Source of the DNA: Bugula neritina | Lineage: Eukaryota; Animalia; Bryozoa | Direction: 5' to 3' | DNA length: 64,000 bases | Assembly: GCA_964035545.1 (NCBI GenBank) | Contig: CAXIUT010000103.1 | Span: 1-64,000, forward strand | Part shown: one piece after another, positions 41,901-56,900 of the stretch | Position numbering within the stretch: position 1 is the stretch's first letter | Layout of the letters: the number at the start of each line of letters is the position of its first letter | Notes under the pieces: generated by a model | Seen by the model: the letters and a program-made list of their open reading frames with translations, nothing else | The model's database searches: none | Told to the model about the DNA's origin: nothing | Position numbers and translations under genes: made by a program

Positions 41901-44900
41901 TCCAAAACAAGTTGATTAACAATTGAAGTTGAAGTCTCCATGTAGTCAACACTTTAGTCCTAACGTCAAATGCAAACGTCTGCAACCAAACTGTGAAGAC
42001 TTCATGAGCTGGTTAGCTGACAGGACACATTAAAGTTCTTAACTCTTGTGTGTATAGTGATGCCCATCTTGAACTAGAGAGGGCTGACTGAAGACTGCTA
42101 CTTTGTGAAAATTGACAATGCATATTATTGTTATTCATTGTTGAGATTCACGACTGCCATAAACAATGATAAAATATTCTTTGTTGGTACTACTGAGTAA
42201 AATAAAATATAATATAATATTGTTTTCTGGACAGAAAAGTAATATCAAATGCATATTATAACTTACCATAAATCTACAGTGCTTCACATCTTCACCTTTT
42301 TTTGCAATGTTATTTCTTTGCAGTTAGAAGTACTAGCTGAATATATGACTATGAAACATAACCCTTCAATTTCATTGCACCAGCACCAGTTGCAAGATAG
42401 GTGTGTTGGGAGTTATCTTTCCTAAAAATTTGTTCTTGGTGTTTATACGAAGCAGACACAGGCTATTATTAGTTTTGTTATTTGCAAGAGTTTTTCTGTC
42501 TGATTGTCCATCAGCAAAAGTTTGCGCCTTGCAGTTATTATGGAAATACCAGTGATGCTGGAAGACCTTTGCATTGTACACCCGCCTTGACTATTGAATT
42601 TAGATGTTTTATTTTCCCATCCCCTCTCCCGCCCCCCTGTCCCCTCTAACAACCGGCAATCCTGACTCATGTGAATTGTGTTATTGTTCTAGAGTTGGCC
42701 CATGGGCCTACAGTATACGATTTGAAGCTTTATAGTTTACAGGCAGTCGAGATGAGTCACTGCTGAAACCCATTTTATTAGTAGACTATATTGCTCTTCA
42801 ATCATCAGTTTTCATATTAAAAGAGAAAGCTCATCTGCAGCGCCATTTCACAGTGTTATGTTTTGCTAGAGCTATAACTACTTTTAGATGCCTTTGCAAA
42901 CATATGAGAAGTAAATGAGTCATTCTATGAAAAGAGGTGTTTGCAGCACTTGTCCACTTTTGATCTACACGCGGCATGGAAACTTTTGTAGTTTTAAATA
43001 ATGTCTCCAAATTCATCACTTGCATGTGTTTAGATACTTGATGAAAATTTTTATGCAAAACTTGATGCCTGCTTCAAAGACACCAGTGCTTAATTACTGT
43101 GTTAACTGTATTGGCACGTTGCCATGAGATATTTGGTAATATTTCGCATCACAACAAACTCTTCAGAAAGTTAAGAAAATCAGTCTAGAAAGTTAATGAA
43201 ATAAACCTACCAGAGAGAGTAAGCCAGATGTAACAAGTAGATCCAAAACAAGTTGATTAACAATTGAAGTTGAAGTCTCCATGTAGTCAACACTTTAGTC
43301 CTAACGTCAAATGCAAACGTCTGCAACCAAACTGTGAAGACTTCATGAGCTGGTTAGCTGACAGGACAGATTAAAGTTCTTAACTCTTGTGTGTATAGTG
43401 ATGCCCATCTTGAACTAGAGAGGGCTGACTGAAGACTGCTACTTTGTGAAAATTGACAATGCATATTATTGTTATTCATTGTTGAGATTCACGACTGCCA
43501 TAAACAATGATAAAATATTCTTTGTTGGTACTACTGAGTAAAATAAAATATAATATAATATTGTTTTCTGGACAGAAAAGTAATATCAAATGCATATTAT
43601 AACTTACCATAAATCTACAGTGCTTCACATCTTCACCTTTTTTTGCAATGTTATTTCTTTGCAGTTAGAAGTACTAGCTGAATATATGACTATGAAACAT
43701 AACCCTTCAATTTCATTGCACCAGCACCAGTTGCAAGATAGGTGTGTTGGGAGTTATCTTTCCTAAAAATTTGTTCTTGGTGTTTATACGAAGCAGACAC
43801 AGGCTATTATTAGTTTTGTTATTTGCAAGAGTTTTTCTGTCTGATTGTCCATCAGCAAAAGTTTGCGCCTTGCAGTTATTATGGAAATACCAGTGATGCT
43901 GGAAGACCTTTGCATTGTACACCCGCCTTGACTATTGAATTTAGATGTTTTATTTTCCCATCCCCTCTCCCGCCCCCCTGTCCCCTCTAACAACCGGCAA
44001 TCCTGACTCATGTGAATTGTGTTATTGTTCTAGAGTTGGCCCATGGGCCTACAGTATACGATTTGAAGCTTTATAGTTTACAGGCAGTCGAGATGAGTCA
44101 CTGCTGAAACCCATTTTATTAGTAGACTATATTGCTCTTCAATCATCAGTTTTCATATTAAAAGAGAAAGCTCATCTGCAGCGCCATTTCACAGTGTTAT
44201 GTTTTGCTAGAGCAATAACTACTTTTAGATGCCTTTGCAAACATATGAGAAGTAAATGAGTCATTCTATGAAAAGAGGTGTTTGCAGCACTTGTCCACTT
44301 TTGATCTACACGCGGCATGGAAACTTTTGTAGTTTTAAATAATGTCTCCAAATTCATCACTTGCATGTGTTTAGATACTTGATGAAAATTTTTATGCAAA
44401 ACTTGATGCCTGCTTCAAAGACACCAGTGCTTAATTACTGTGTTAACTGTATTGGCACGTTGCCATGAGATATTTGGTAATATTTCGCATCACAACAAAC
44501 TCTTCAGAAAGTTAAGAAAATCAGTCTAGAAAGTTAATGAAATAAACCTACCAGAGAGAGTAAGCCAGATGTAACAAGTAGATCCAAAACAAGTTGATTA
44601 ACAATTGAAGTTGAAGTCTCCATGTAGTCAACACTTTAGTCCTAACGTCAAATGCAAACGTCTGCAACCAAACTGTGAAGACTTCATGAGCTGGTTAGCT
44701 GACAGGACACATAAAAGTTCTTAACTCTTGTGTGTATAGTGATGCCCATCTTGAACTAGAGAGGGCTGACTGAAGACTGCTACTTTGTGAAAATTGACAA
44801 TGCATATTATTGTTATTCATTGTTGAGATTCACGACTGCCATAAACAATGATAAAATATTCTTTGTTGGTACTACTGAGTAAAATAAAATATAATATAAT

Positions 44901-47900
44901 ATTGTTTTCTGGACAGAAAAGTAATATCAAATGCATATTATAACTTACCATAAATCTACAGTGCTTCACATCTTCACCTTTTTTTGCAATGTTATTTCTT
45001 TGCAGTTAGAATAACTAGCTGAATATATGACTATGAAACATAACCCTTCAATTTCATTGCACCAGCACCAGTTGCAAGATAGGTGTGTTGGGAGTTATCT
45101 TTCCTAAAAATTTGTTCTTGGTGTTTATACGAAGCAGACACAGGCTATTATTAGTTTTGTTATTTGCAAGAGTTTTTCTGTCTGATTGTCCATCGGCAAA
45201 AGTTTGCGCCTTGCAGTTATTATGGAAATACCAGTGATGCTGGAAGACCTTTGCATTGTACACCCGCCTTGACTATTGAATTTAGATGTTTTATTTTCCC
45301 ATCCCTTCTCCCGCCCCCCTGTCCCCTCTAACAACCGGCAATCCTGACTCATGTGAATTGTGTTATTGTTCTAGAGTTGGCCCATGGGCCTACAGTATAC
45401 GATTTGAAGCTTTATAGTTTACAGGCAGTCGAGATGAGTCACTGCTGAAACCCATTTTATTAGTAGACTATATTGCTCTTCAATCATCAGTTTTCATATT
45501 AAAAGAGAAAGCTCATCTGCAGCGCCATTTCACAGTGTTATATTTCGCCAGAGCAATAACTAATTTTAGATGCCTTTGCAAACATATGAGAAATAAATGA
45601 GTCATTCTATGAAAAGAGGTGTTTGCAGCACTTGTCCACTTTTGATTTACAAGCGGCATGGAAACTTTTGTAGTTTTAAATAATGTCTCCAAATTCATCA
45701 CTTGCATGTGTTTAGATACTTGATTAAAATTTTTATGCAAAACTTGATGCCTGCTTCAAAGACACCAGTGCATAATTACTGTGTTAACTGTATTGGCACG
45801 CTGCCATGAGAAATTTGGTAATATTTCGCATCACAACAAACTCTTCAGAAAGTTAAGAAAATCAGTCTAGAAAGTTAATGAAATAAACCTACCAGAGAGA
45901 ATAAGCCAGATGTAACAAGTAGATCCAAAACAAGTTGATTAACAATTGAAGTTGAAATCTCCATGTAGTCAACACTTTAGTCCTAATGTCAAATGCAAAC
46001 GTCTGCAACCAAACTGTGTAGACTTCATGAGCTGGTTAGCTGACAGGACTCATTAAAGTTCTTAACTCTTGTGTGTATAGTGATGCCCATCTTGAACTAG
46101 AGAGGGCTGACTGAAGACTGCTACTTTGTGAAAATTGACAATGCATATTATTGTTATTCATTGTTGAGATTCACGACTGCCATAAACAATGATAAAATAT
46201 TCATTGTTGGTACTACTGAGTAGAATAAAATATAATATAATATTTTCTTGACAGATAAATAATATCATATACAGAATCTAACTTACCATAAATCTACAGT
46301 GCTTCACATCTTCACCTTTTTCTGCAATGTTATTTCTTTGCAGTTAGAAGTACTAGCTGAATATATGACTATGAAACATAACCCTTCAATTTCATTGCAC
46401 CAGCACCAGTTGCAAGATAGGTGTATTGAGAGTTATCTTTCCCAAAATTTTGTTCTTGGTGTTTATACAAAGCAGACACAGGCTAATATTAGTTTTGTTA
46501 TTTGCAAGAGTTTTTCTGTCTGATTGTCCATCAGCAAAAGTTTGCGCCTTGCAGTTATTATGGAAATACCAGTGATGCTGGAAGACCTTTGCATTGTACA
46601 CCCGCCTTTACTATTGAATTTAGATATTTTATTTTCCCATCCCCTCTCCCGCCCCCCTGTCCCCTCTAACAACCGGCAATCCTGACTCATGTGAATTGTG
46701 TTATTGTTCTAGAGTTGGCCCATGGGCCTACAGTATACGATTTGAAGCTTTATAGTTTACAGGCAGTCGAGATGAGTCACTGCTGAAACCCATTTTATTA
46801 GTAGACTATATTGCTCTTCAATCATCAGTTTTCATATTAAAACAGAAAGCTCATCTGCAGCGCCATTTCACAGTGTTATATTTTGCTAGAGCAATAACTA
46901 TTTTTAGATGCCTTTGCAAACGTATGAGAAATAAATGAGTCATTCTATGAAAAGAGGTGTTTGCAGCACTTGTCCACTTTTGATTTACACGCGGCATCGA
47001 AACTTTTGTAGTTTTAAATAATGTCTCCAAATTCATCACTTGCATGTGTTTAGATACTTGATGAAAATGTTTATGCAAAATTTGATGCCTGCTTCAAAGA
47101 CACCAGTGCTTAATTACTGTGTTAACTGTATTGGCACGTTGCCATGAGATATTTGGTAATATTTCGCATCACAACAAACTCTTCAGAAAGTTAAGAAAAT
47201 CAGTCTAGAAAGTTAATGAAATAAACCTACCAGAGAGAGTAAGCCAGATGTAACAAGTAGATCCAAAACAAGTTGATTAACAATTGAAGTTGAAGTCTCG
47301 ATGTAGTCAACACTTTAGTCCTAACGTCAAATGCTAACGTCTGCAACCAAACTGTGAAGACTTCATGAGCTGGTTAGCTGACAGGACACATTAAAGTTCT
47401 TAACTCTTGTGTGTATAGTGATGCCCATCTTGAACTAGAGAGGGCTGACTGAAGACTGCTACTTTGTGAAAATTGACAATGCATATTATTATTATTCATT
47501 GTTGAGATTCACGACTGCCATAAACAATGTTAAAATATTCATTGTTGGTACGACTGAGTAGAATAAAATATAATATAATATTGTTTTCTGGACAGAAAAG
47601 TAATATCAAATGCATATTATAACTTACCATAAATCTACAGTGCTTCACATCTTCACCTTTTCCTGCAATTTTATTTCTTTGCAGTTAGAAGTAGTAGCTG
47701 AATATATGACGATGAAACATAACCCTTCAATTTCATTGCACCAGCACCAGTTGCAAGATAGGTGTGTTGGGAGTTATCTTTCCTAAAAATTTGTTCTTGG
47801 TGTTTATACGAAGCAGACACAGGCTAATATTAGTTTTGTTATTTGCAAGAGTATTTCTGTCTGATTGTCCATCGGCAAAAGTTTGCGCCTTGCAGTTATT

Positions 47901-50900
47901 ATGGAAATACCAGTGATGCTGGAAGACCTTTGCATTGTACACCCGCCTTGACTATTGAATTTAGATGTTTTATTTTCCCATCCCCTCTCCCGCCCCCCTG
48001 TCCCCTCTAACAACCGGCAATCCTGACTCATGTGAATTGTGTTATTGTTCTAGAGTTGGCCCATGGGCCTACAGTATACGATTTGAAGCTTTATAGTTTA
48101 CAGGCAGTCGAGATGAGTCACTGCTGAAACCCATTTTATTAGTAGACTATATTGCTCTTCAATCATCAGTTTTCATATTAAAAGAGAAAGCTCATCTGCA
48201 GCGCCATTTCACAGTGTTATGTTTTGCTAGAGCAATAACTACTTTTAGATGCCTTTGCAAACATATGAGAAGTAAATGAGTCATTCTATGAAAAGAGGTG
48301 TTTGCAGCACTTGTCCACTTTTGATCTACACGCGGCATGGAAACTTTTGTAGTTTTAATTAATGTCTCCAAATTCATCACTTGCATGTGTTTAGATACTT
48401 GATGAAAATTTTTATGCAAAACTTGATGCCTGCTTCAAAGACACCAGTGCTTAATTACTGTGTTAACTGTATTGGCACGTTGCCATGAGATATTTGGTAA
48501 TATTTCGCATCACAACAAACTCTTCAGAAAGTTAAGAAAATCAGTCTAGAAAGTTAATGAAATAAACCTACCAGAGAGAGTAAGCCAGATGTAACAAGTA
48601 GATCCAAAACAAGTTGATTAACAATTGAAGTTGAAGTCTCCATGTAGTCAACACTTTAGTCCTAACGTCAAATGCAAACGTCTGCAACCAAACTGTGAAG
48701 ACTTCATGAGCTGGTTAGCTGACAGGACACATTAAAGTTCTTAACTCTTGTGTGTATAGTGATGCCCATCTTGAACTAGAGAGGGCTGACTGAAGACTGC
48801 TACTTTGTGAAAATTGACAATGCATATTATTGTTATTCATTGTTGAGATTCACGACTGCCATAAACAATGATAAAATATTCTTTGTTGGTACTACTGAGT
48901 AAAATAAAATATAATATAATATTGTTTTCTGGACAGAAAAGTAATATCAAATGCATATTATAACTTACCATAAATCTACAGTGCTTCACATCTTCACCTT
49001 TTTTTGCAATGTTATTTCTTTGCAGTTAGAAGTACTAGCTGAATATATGACTATGAAACATAACCCTTCAATTTCATTGCACCAGCACCAGTTGCAAGAT
49101 AGGTGTGTTGGGAGTTATCTTTCCTAAAAATTTGTTCTTGGTGTTTATACGAAGCAGACACAGGCTATTATTAGTTTTGTTATTTGCAAGAGTTTTTCTG
49201 TCTGATTGTCCATCAGCAAAAGTTTGCGCCTTGCAGTTATTATGGAAATACCAGTGATGCTGGAAGACCTTTGCATTGTACACCCGCCTTTACTATTGAA
49301 TTTAGATATTTTATTTTCCCATCCCCTCTCCCGCCCCCCTGTCCCCTCTAACAACCGGCAATCCTGACTCATGTGAATTGTGTTATTGTTCTAGAGTTGG
49401 CCCATGGGCCTACAGTATACGATTTGAAGCTTTATAGTTTACAGGCAGTCGAGATGAGTCACTGCTGAAACCCATTTTATTAGTAGACTATATTGCTCTT
49501 CAATCATCAGTTTTCATATTAAAACAGAAAGCTCATCTGCAGCGCCATTTCACAGTGTTATATTTTGCTAGAGCAATAACTATTTTTAGATGCCTTTGCA
49601 AACGTATGAGAAATAAATGAGTCATTCTATGAAAAGAGGTGTTTGCAGCACTTGTCCACTTTTGATTTACACGCGGCATCGAAACTTTTGTAGTTTTAAA
49701 TAATGTCTCCAAATTCATCACTTGCATGTGTTTAGATACTTGATGAAAATGTTTATGCAAAATTTGATGCCTGCTTCAAAGACACCAGTGCTTAATTACT
49801 GTGTTAACTGTATTGGCACGTTGCCATGAGATATTTGGTAATATTTCGCATCACAACAAACTCTTCAGAAAGTTAAGAAAATCAGTCTAGAAAGTTAATG
49901 AAATAAACCTACCAGAGAGAGTAAGCCAGATGTAACAAGTAGATCCAAAACAAGTTGATTAACAATTGAAGTTGAAGTCTCGATGTAGTCAACACTTTAG
50001 TCCTAACGTCAAATGCTAACGTCTGCAACCAAACTGTGAAGACTTCATGAGCTGGTTAGCTGACAGGACACATTAAAGTTCTTAACTCTTGTGTGTATAG
50101 TGATGCCCATCTTGAACTAGAGAGGGCTGACTGAAGACTGCTACTTTGTGAAAATTGACAATGCATATTATTATTATTCATTGTTGAGATTCACGACTGC
50201 CATAAACAATGTTAAAATATTCATTGTTGGTACGACTGAGTAGAATAAAATATAATATAATATTGTTTTCTGGACAGAAAAGTAATATCAAATGCATATT
50301 ATAACTTACCATAAATCTACAGTGCTTCACATCTTCACCTTTTCCTGCAATTTTATTTCTTTGCAGTTAGAAGTAGTAGCTGAATATATGACGATGAAAC
50401 ATAACCCTTCAATTTCATTGCACCAGCACCAGTTGCAAGATAGGTGTGTTGGGAGTTATCTTTCCTAAAAATTTGTTCTTGGTGTTTATACGAAGCAGAC
50501 ACAGGCTAATATTAGTTTTGTTATTTGCAAGAGTATTTCTGTCTGATTGTCCATCGGCAAAAGTTTGCGCCTTGCAGTTATTATGGAAATACCAGTGATG
50601 CTGGAAGACCTTTGCATTGTACACCCGCCTTGACTATTGAATTTAGATGTTTTATTTTCCCATCCCCTCTCCCGCCCCCCTGTCCCCTCTAACAACCGGC
50701 AATCCTGACTCATGTGAATTGTGTTATTGTTCTAGAGTTGGCCCATGGGCCTACAGTATACGATTTGAAGCTTTATAGTTTACAGGCAGTCGAGATGAGT
50801 CACTGCTGAAACCCATTTTATTAGTAGACTATATTGCTCTTCAATCATCAGTTTTCATATTAAAAGAGAAAGCTCATCTGCAGCGCCATTTCACAGTGTT

Positions 50901-53900
50901 ATGTTTTGCTAGAGCAATAACTACTTTTAGATGCCTTTGCAAACATATGAGAAGTAAATGAGTCATTCTATGAAAAGAGGTGTTTGCAGCACTTGTCCAC
51001 TTTTGATCTACACGCGGCATGGAAACTTTTGTAGTTTTAATTAATGTCTCCAAATTCATCACTTGCATGTGTTTAGATACTTGATGAAAATTTTTATGCA
51101 AAACTTGATGCCTGCTTCAAAGACACCAGTGCTTAATTACTGTGTTAACTGTATTGGCACGTTGCCATGAGATATTTGGTAATATTTCGCATCACAACAA
51201 ACTCTTCAGAAAGTTAAGAAAATCAGTCTAGAAAGTTAATGAAATAAACCTACCAGAGAGAGTAAGCCAGATGTAACAAGTAGATCCAAAACAAGTTGAT
51301 TAACAATTGAAGTTGAAGTCTCCATGTAGTCAACACTTTAGTCCTAACGTCAAATGCAAACGTCTGCAACCAAACTGTGAAGACTTCATGAGCTGGTTAG
51401 CTGACAGGACACATTAAAGTTCTTAACTCTTGTGTGTATAGTGATGCCCATCTTGAACTAGAGAGGGCTGACTGAAGACTGCTACTTTGTGAAAATTGAC
51501 AATGCATATTATTGTTATTCATTGTTGAGATTCACGACTGCCATAAACAATGATAAAATATTCTTTGTTGGTACTACTGAGTAAAATAAAATATAATATA
51601 ATATTGTTTTCTGGACAGAAAAGTAATATCAAATGCATATTATAACTTACCATAAATCTACAGTGCTTCACATCTTCACCTTTTTTTGCAATGTTATTTC
51701 TTTGCAGTTAGAAGTACTAGCTGAATATATGACTATGAAACATAACCCTTCAATTTCATTGCACCAGCACCAGTTGCAAGATAGGTGTGTTGGGAGTTAT
51801 CTTTCCTAAAAATTTGTTCTTGGTGTTTATACGAAGCAGACACAGGCTATTATTAGTTTTGTTATTTGCAAGAGTTTTTCTGTCTGATTGTCCATCAGCA
51901 AAAGTTTGCGCCTTGCAGTTATTATGGAAATACCAGTGATGCTGGAAGACCTTTGCATTGTACACCCGCCTTGACTATTGAATTTAGATGTTTTATTTTC
52001 CCATCCCCTCTCCCGCCCCCCTGTCCCCTCTAACAACCGGCAATCCTGACTCATGTGAATTGTGTTATTGTTCTAGAGTTGGCCCATGGGCCTACAGTAT
52101 ACGATTTGAAGCTTTATAGTTTACAGGCAGTCGAGATGAGTCACTGCTGAAACCCATTTTATTAGTAGACTATATTGCTCTTCAATCATCAGTTTTCATA
52201 TTAAAAGAGAAAGCTCATCTGCAGCGCCATTTCACAGTGTTATGTTTTGCTAGAGCAATAACTACTTTTAGATGCCTTTGCAAACATATGAGAAGTAAAT
52301 GAGTCATTCTATGAAAAGAGGTGTTTGCAGCACTTGTCCACTTTTGATCTACACGCGGCATGGAAACTTTTGTAGTTTTAAATAATGTCTCCAAATTCAT
52401 CACTTGCATGTGTTTAGATACTTGATGAAAATTTTTATGCAAAACTTGATGCCTGCTTCAAAGACACCAGTGCTTAATTACTGTGTTAACTGTATTGGCA
52501 CGTTGCCATGAGATATTTGGTAATATTTCGCATCACAACAAACTCTTCAGAAAGTTAAGAAAATCAGTCTAGAAAGTTAATGAAATAAACCTACCAGAGA
52601 GAGTAAGCCAGATGTAACAAGTAGATCCAAAACAAGTTGATTAACAATTGAAGTTGAAGTCTCCATGTAGTCAACACTTTAGTCCTAACGTCAAATGCAA
52701 ACGTCTGCAACCAAACTGTGAAGACTTCATGAGCTGGTTAGCTGACAGGACACATTAAAGTTCTTAACTCTTGTGTGTATAGTGATGCCCATCTTGAACT
52801 AGAGAGGGCTGACTGAAGACTGCTACTTTGTGAAAATTGACAATGCATATTATTGTTATTCATTGTTGAGATTCACGACTGCCATAAACAATGATAAAAT
52901 ATTCTTTGTTGGTACTACTGAGTAAAATAAAATATAATATAATATTGTTTTCTGGACAGAAAAGTAATATCAAATGCATATTATAACTTACCATAAATCT
53001 ACAGTGCTTCACATCTTCACCTTTTTTTGCAATGTTATTTCTTTGCAGTTAGAATAACTAGCTGAATATATGACTATGAAACATAACCCTTCAATTTCAT
53101 TGCACCAGCACCAGTTGCAAGATAGGTGTGTTGGGAGTTATCTTTCCTAAAAATTTGTTCTTGGTGTTTATACGAAGCAGACACAGGCTATTATTAGTTT
53201 TGTTATTTGCAAGAGTTTTTCTGTCTGATTGTCCATCAGCAAAAGTTTGCGCCTTGCAGTTATTATGGAAATACCAGTGATGCTGGAAGACCTTTGCATT
53301 GTACACCCGCCTTGACTATTGAATTTAGATGTTTTATTTTCCCATCCCTTCTCCCGCCCCCCTGTCCCCTCTAACAACCGGCAATCCTGACTCATGTGAA
53401 TTGTGTTATTGTTCTAGAGTTGGCCCATGGGCCTACAGTATACGATTTGAAGCTTTATAGTTTACAGGCAGTCGAGATGAGTCACTGCTGAAACCCATTT
53501 TATTAGTAGACTATATTGCTCTTCAATCATCAGTTTTCATATTAAAAGAGAAAGCTCATCTGCAGCGCCATTTCACAGTGTTATATTTCGCCAGAGCAAT
53601 AACTAATTTTAGATGCCTTTGCAAACATATGAGAAATAAATGAGTCATTCTATGAAAAGAGGTGTTTGCAGCACTTGTCCACTTTTGATTTACAAGCGGC
53701 ATGGAAACTTTTGTAGTTTTAAATAATGTCTCCAAATTCATCACTTGCATGTGTTTAGATACTTGATTAAAATTTTTATGCAAAACTTGATGCCTGCTTC
53801 AAAGACACCAGTGCATAGTTACTGTGTTAACTGTATTGGCACGCTGCCATGAGAAATTTGGTAATATTTCGCATCACAACAAACTCTTCAGAAAGTTAAG

Positions 53901-53990
53901 AAAATCAGTCTAGAAAGTTAATGAAATAAACCTACCAGAGAGAATAAGCCAGATGTAACAAGTAGATCCAAAACAAGTTGATTAACAATT
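32300..53990. repeat. 7-mer higher-order repeat (9384 bp) followed by a 6-mer derivative (8043 bp), each with an internal 2682-bp duplication
   Basis: GTTAGAATAA at 35621, 45005 and 53048. LLCIN allele at 37008 and 46392. LIRLQ allele at 37467, 40149, 46851 and 49533. TLIK allele at 38808, 41490, 48192 and 50874. Confidence 0.9.
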
Positions 53991-56900
53991 GAAGTTGAAG
54001 TCTCCATGTAGTCAACACTTTAGTCCTAACGTCAAATGCAAACGTCTGCAACCAAACTGTGAAGACTTCATGAGCTGGTTAGCTGACAGGACACATTAAA
54101 GTTCTTAACTCTTGTGTGTATAGTGATGCCCATCTTGAACTAGAGAGGGCTGACTGAAGACTGCTACTTTGTGAAAATTGACAATGCATATTATTGTTAT
54201 TCATTGTTGAGATTCACGACTGCCATAAACAATGATAAAATATTCATTGTTGGTACTACTGAGTAGAATAAAATATAATATAATATTTTCTTGACAGATA
54301 AATAATATCATATACAGAATCTAACTTACCATAAATCTACAGTGCTTCACATCTTCACCTTTTTCTGCAATGTTATTTCTTTGCAGTTAGAAGTACTAGC
54401 TAAATATATGACTATGAAACATAACCCTTCAATTTCATTGCACCAGCACCAGTTGCAAGATAGGTGTGTTGGGAGTTATCTTTCCCAAAATTTTGTTCTT
54501 GGTGTTTATACGAAGCAGACACAGGCTAATATTAGTTTTGTTATTTGCAAGAGTTTTTCTGTCTGATTGTCCATCGGCAAAAGTTTGCGCTTTGCAGTTA
54601 TTATGGAAATACCAGTGATGCTGGAAGACCTTTGCATTGTACACCAGCCTTTACTATTGAATTTAGATGTTTTAGTTTCCCATCCCCTCTCCTGCCCCCC
54701 TGTCCCCTCTAACAACCGGCAATCCTGACTCATGTGAAATGTGTTATTGTTCTAGAGTTGGCCCATGGGCCTACAGTATACGATTTGAAGCTTTATAGTT
54801 TACAGGCAGTCGAGATGAGTCACTGCTGAAACCCATTTTATTAGTAGACTATATTGCTCTTCAATCATCAGTTTTCATATTAAAAGAGAAAGCTCATCTG
54901 CAGCGCCATTTCACAGTGTTATGTTTTGCTAGAGCAATAACTACTTTTAGATGCCTTTGCAAACATATGAGAAGTAAATGAGTCATTCTATGAAAAGAGG
55001 TGTTTGCAGCACTTGTCCACTTTTGATTTACACGCGGCATGGAAACTTTTGTAGTTTTAAATAATGTCTCCAAATTCATCACTTGCATGTGTTTAGATAC
55101 TTGATGAAAATTTTTATGCAATACTTGATGCCTGCTTCAAAGACACCAGTGCTTAATTACTGTGGTAACTGTATTGGCACGTTGCCATGAGATATTTGGT
55201 AATATTTCGCATCACAACAAACTCTTCAGAAAGTTAAGAAAATCAGTCTAGAAAGTTAATGAAATAAACCTACCAGAGAGAGTAAGCCAGATGTGACAAG
55301 TAGATCCAAAACAAGTTGATTAACAATTGAAGTTGAAATCTCCATGTAGTCAACACTTTAGTCCTAATGTCAAATGCAAGCGTCTGCAACCAAACTGTGT
55401 AGACTTCATGAGCTGGTTAGCTGACAGGACTCATTAAAGTTCTTAACTCTTGTGTGTATAGTGATGCCCATCTTGAACTAGAGAGGGGTGACTGAAGACT
55501 GCTACTTTGTGAAAATTGACAATGCATATTATTATTATTCATTGTTGAGATTCACGACTGCCATAAACAATGATAAAATATTCATTGTTGGTACTACTGA
55601 GTAGAATAAAATATAATATAATATTTTCTTGACAGATAAATAATATCATATACAGAATCTAACTTACCATAAATCTACAGTGCTTCACATCTTCACCTTT
55701 TTCTGCAATGTTATTTCTTTGCAGTTAGAAGTACTAGCTGAATATATGACTATGAAACATAACCCTTCAATTTCATTGCACCAGCACCAGTTGCAAGATA
55801 GGTGTGTTGGGAGTTATCTTTCCCAAAATTTTGTTCTTGGTGTTTATACGAAGCAGACACAGGCTAATATTAGTTTTGTTATTTGCAAGAGTTTTTCTGT
55901 CTGATTGTCCATCGGCAAAAGTTTGCGCCTTGCAGTTATTATGGAAATACCAGTGATGCTGGAAGACATTTGCATTGTACACCAGCCTTTACTATTGAAT
56001 TTAGATGTTTTAGTTTCCCATCCCCTCTCCCGCTCCCCTGTCCCCTCTGACAACCGGCAATCCTGACTCATGTGAATTGTGTTATTGTTCTAGAGTTGGC
56101 CCATGGGCCTACAGTATACGATTTGAAGCTTTATAGTTTACAGGCAGTCGAGATGAGTCACTGCTGAAACCCATTTTATTAGTAGACTATATTGCTCTTC
56201 AATCATCAGTTTTCATATTAAAAGAGAAAGCTCATCTGCAGCGCCATTTCACAGTGTTATGTTTTGCTAGAGCAATAACTACTTTTAGATGCCTTTGCAA
56301 ACATATGAGAAGTAAATGAGTCATTCTATGAAAAGAGGTGTTTGCAGCACTTGTCCACTTTTGATCTACACGCGGCATGGAAACTTTTGTAGTTTTAAAT
56401 AATGTCTCCAAATTCATCACTTGCATGTGTTTAGATACTTGATGAAAATTTTTATGCAAAACTTGATGCCTGCTTCAAAGACACCAGTGCTTAATTACTG
56501 TGTTAACTGTATTGGCACGTTGCCATGAGATATTTGGTAATATTTCGCATCACAACAAACTCTTCAGAAAGTTAAGAAAATCAGTCTAGAAAGTTAATGA
56601 AATAAACCTACCAGAGAGAGTAAGCCTGATGTAACAAGTAGATCCAAAACAAGTTGATTAACAATTGAAGTTGAAGTCTCCATGTAGTCAACACTTTAGT
56701 CCTAACGTCAAATGCAAACGTCTGCAACCAAACTGTGAAGACTTCATGAGCTGGTTAGCTGACAGGACACATTAAAGTTCTTAACTCTTGTGTGTATAGT
56801 GATGCCCATCTTGAACTAGAGAGGGCTGACTGAAGACTGCTACTTTGTGAAAATTGACAATGCATATTATTGTTATTCATTGTTGAGATTCACGACTGCC

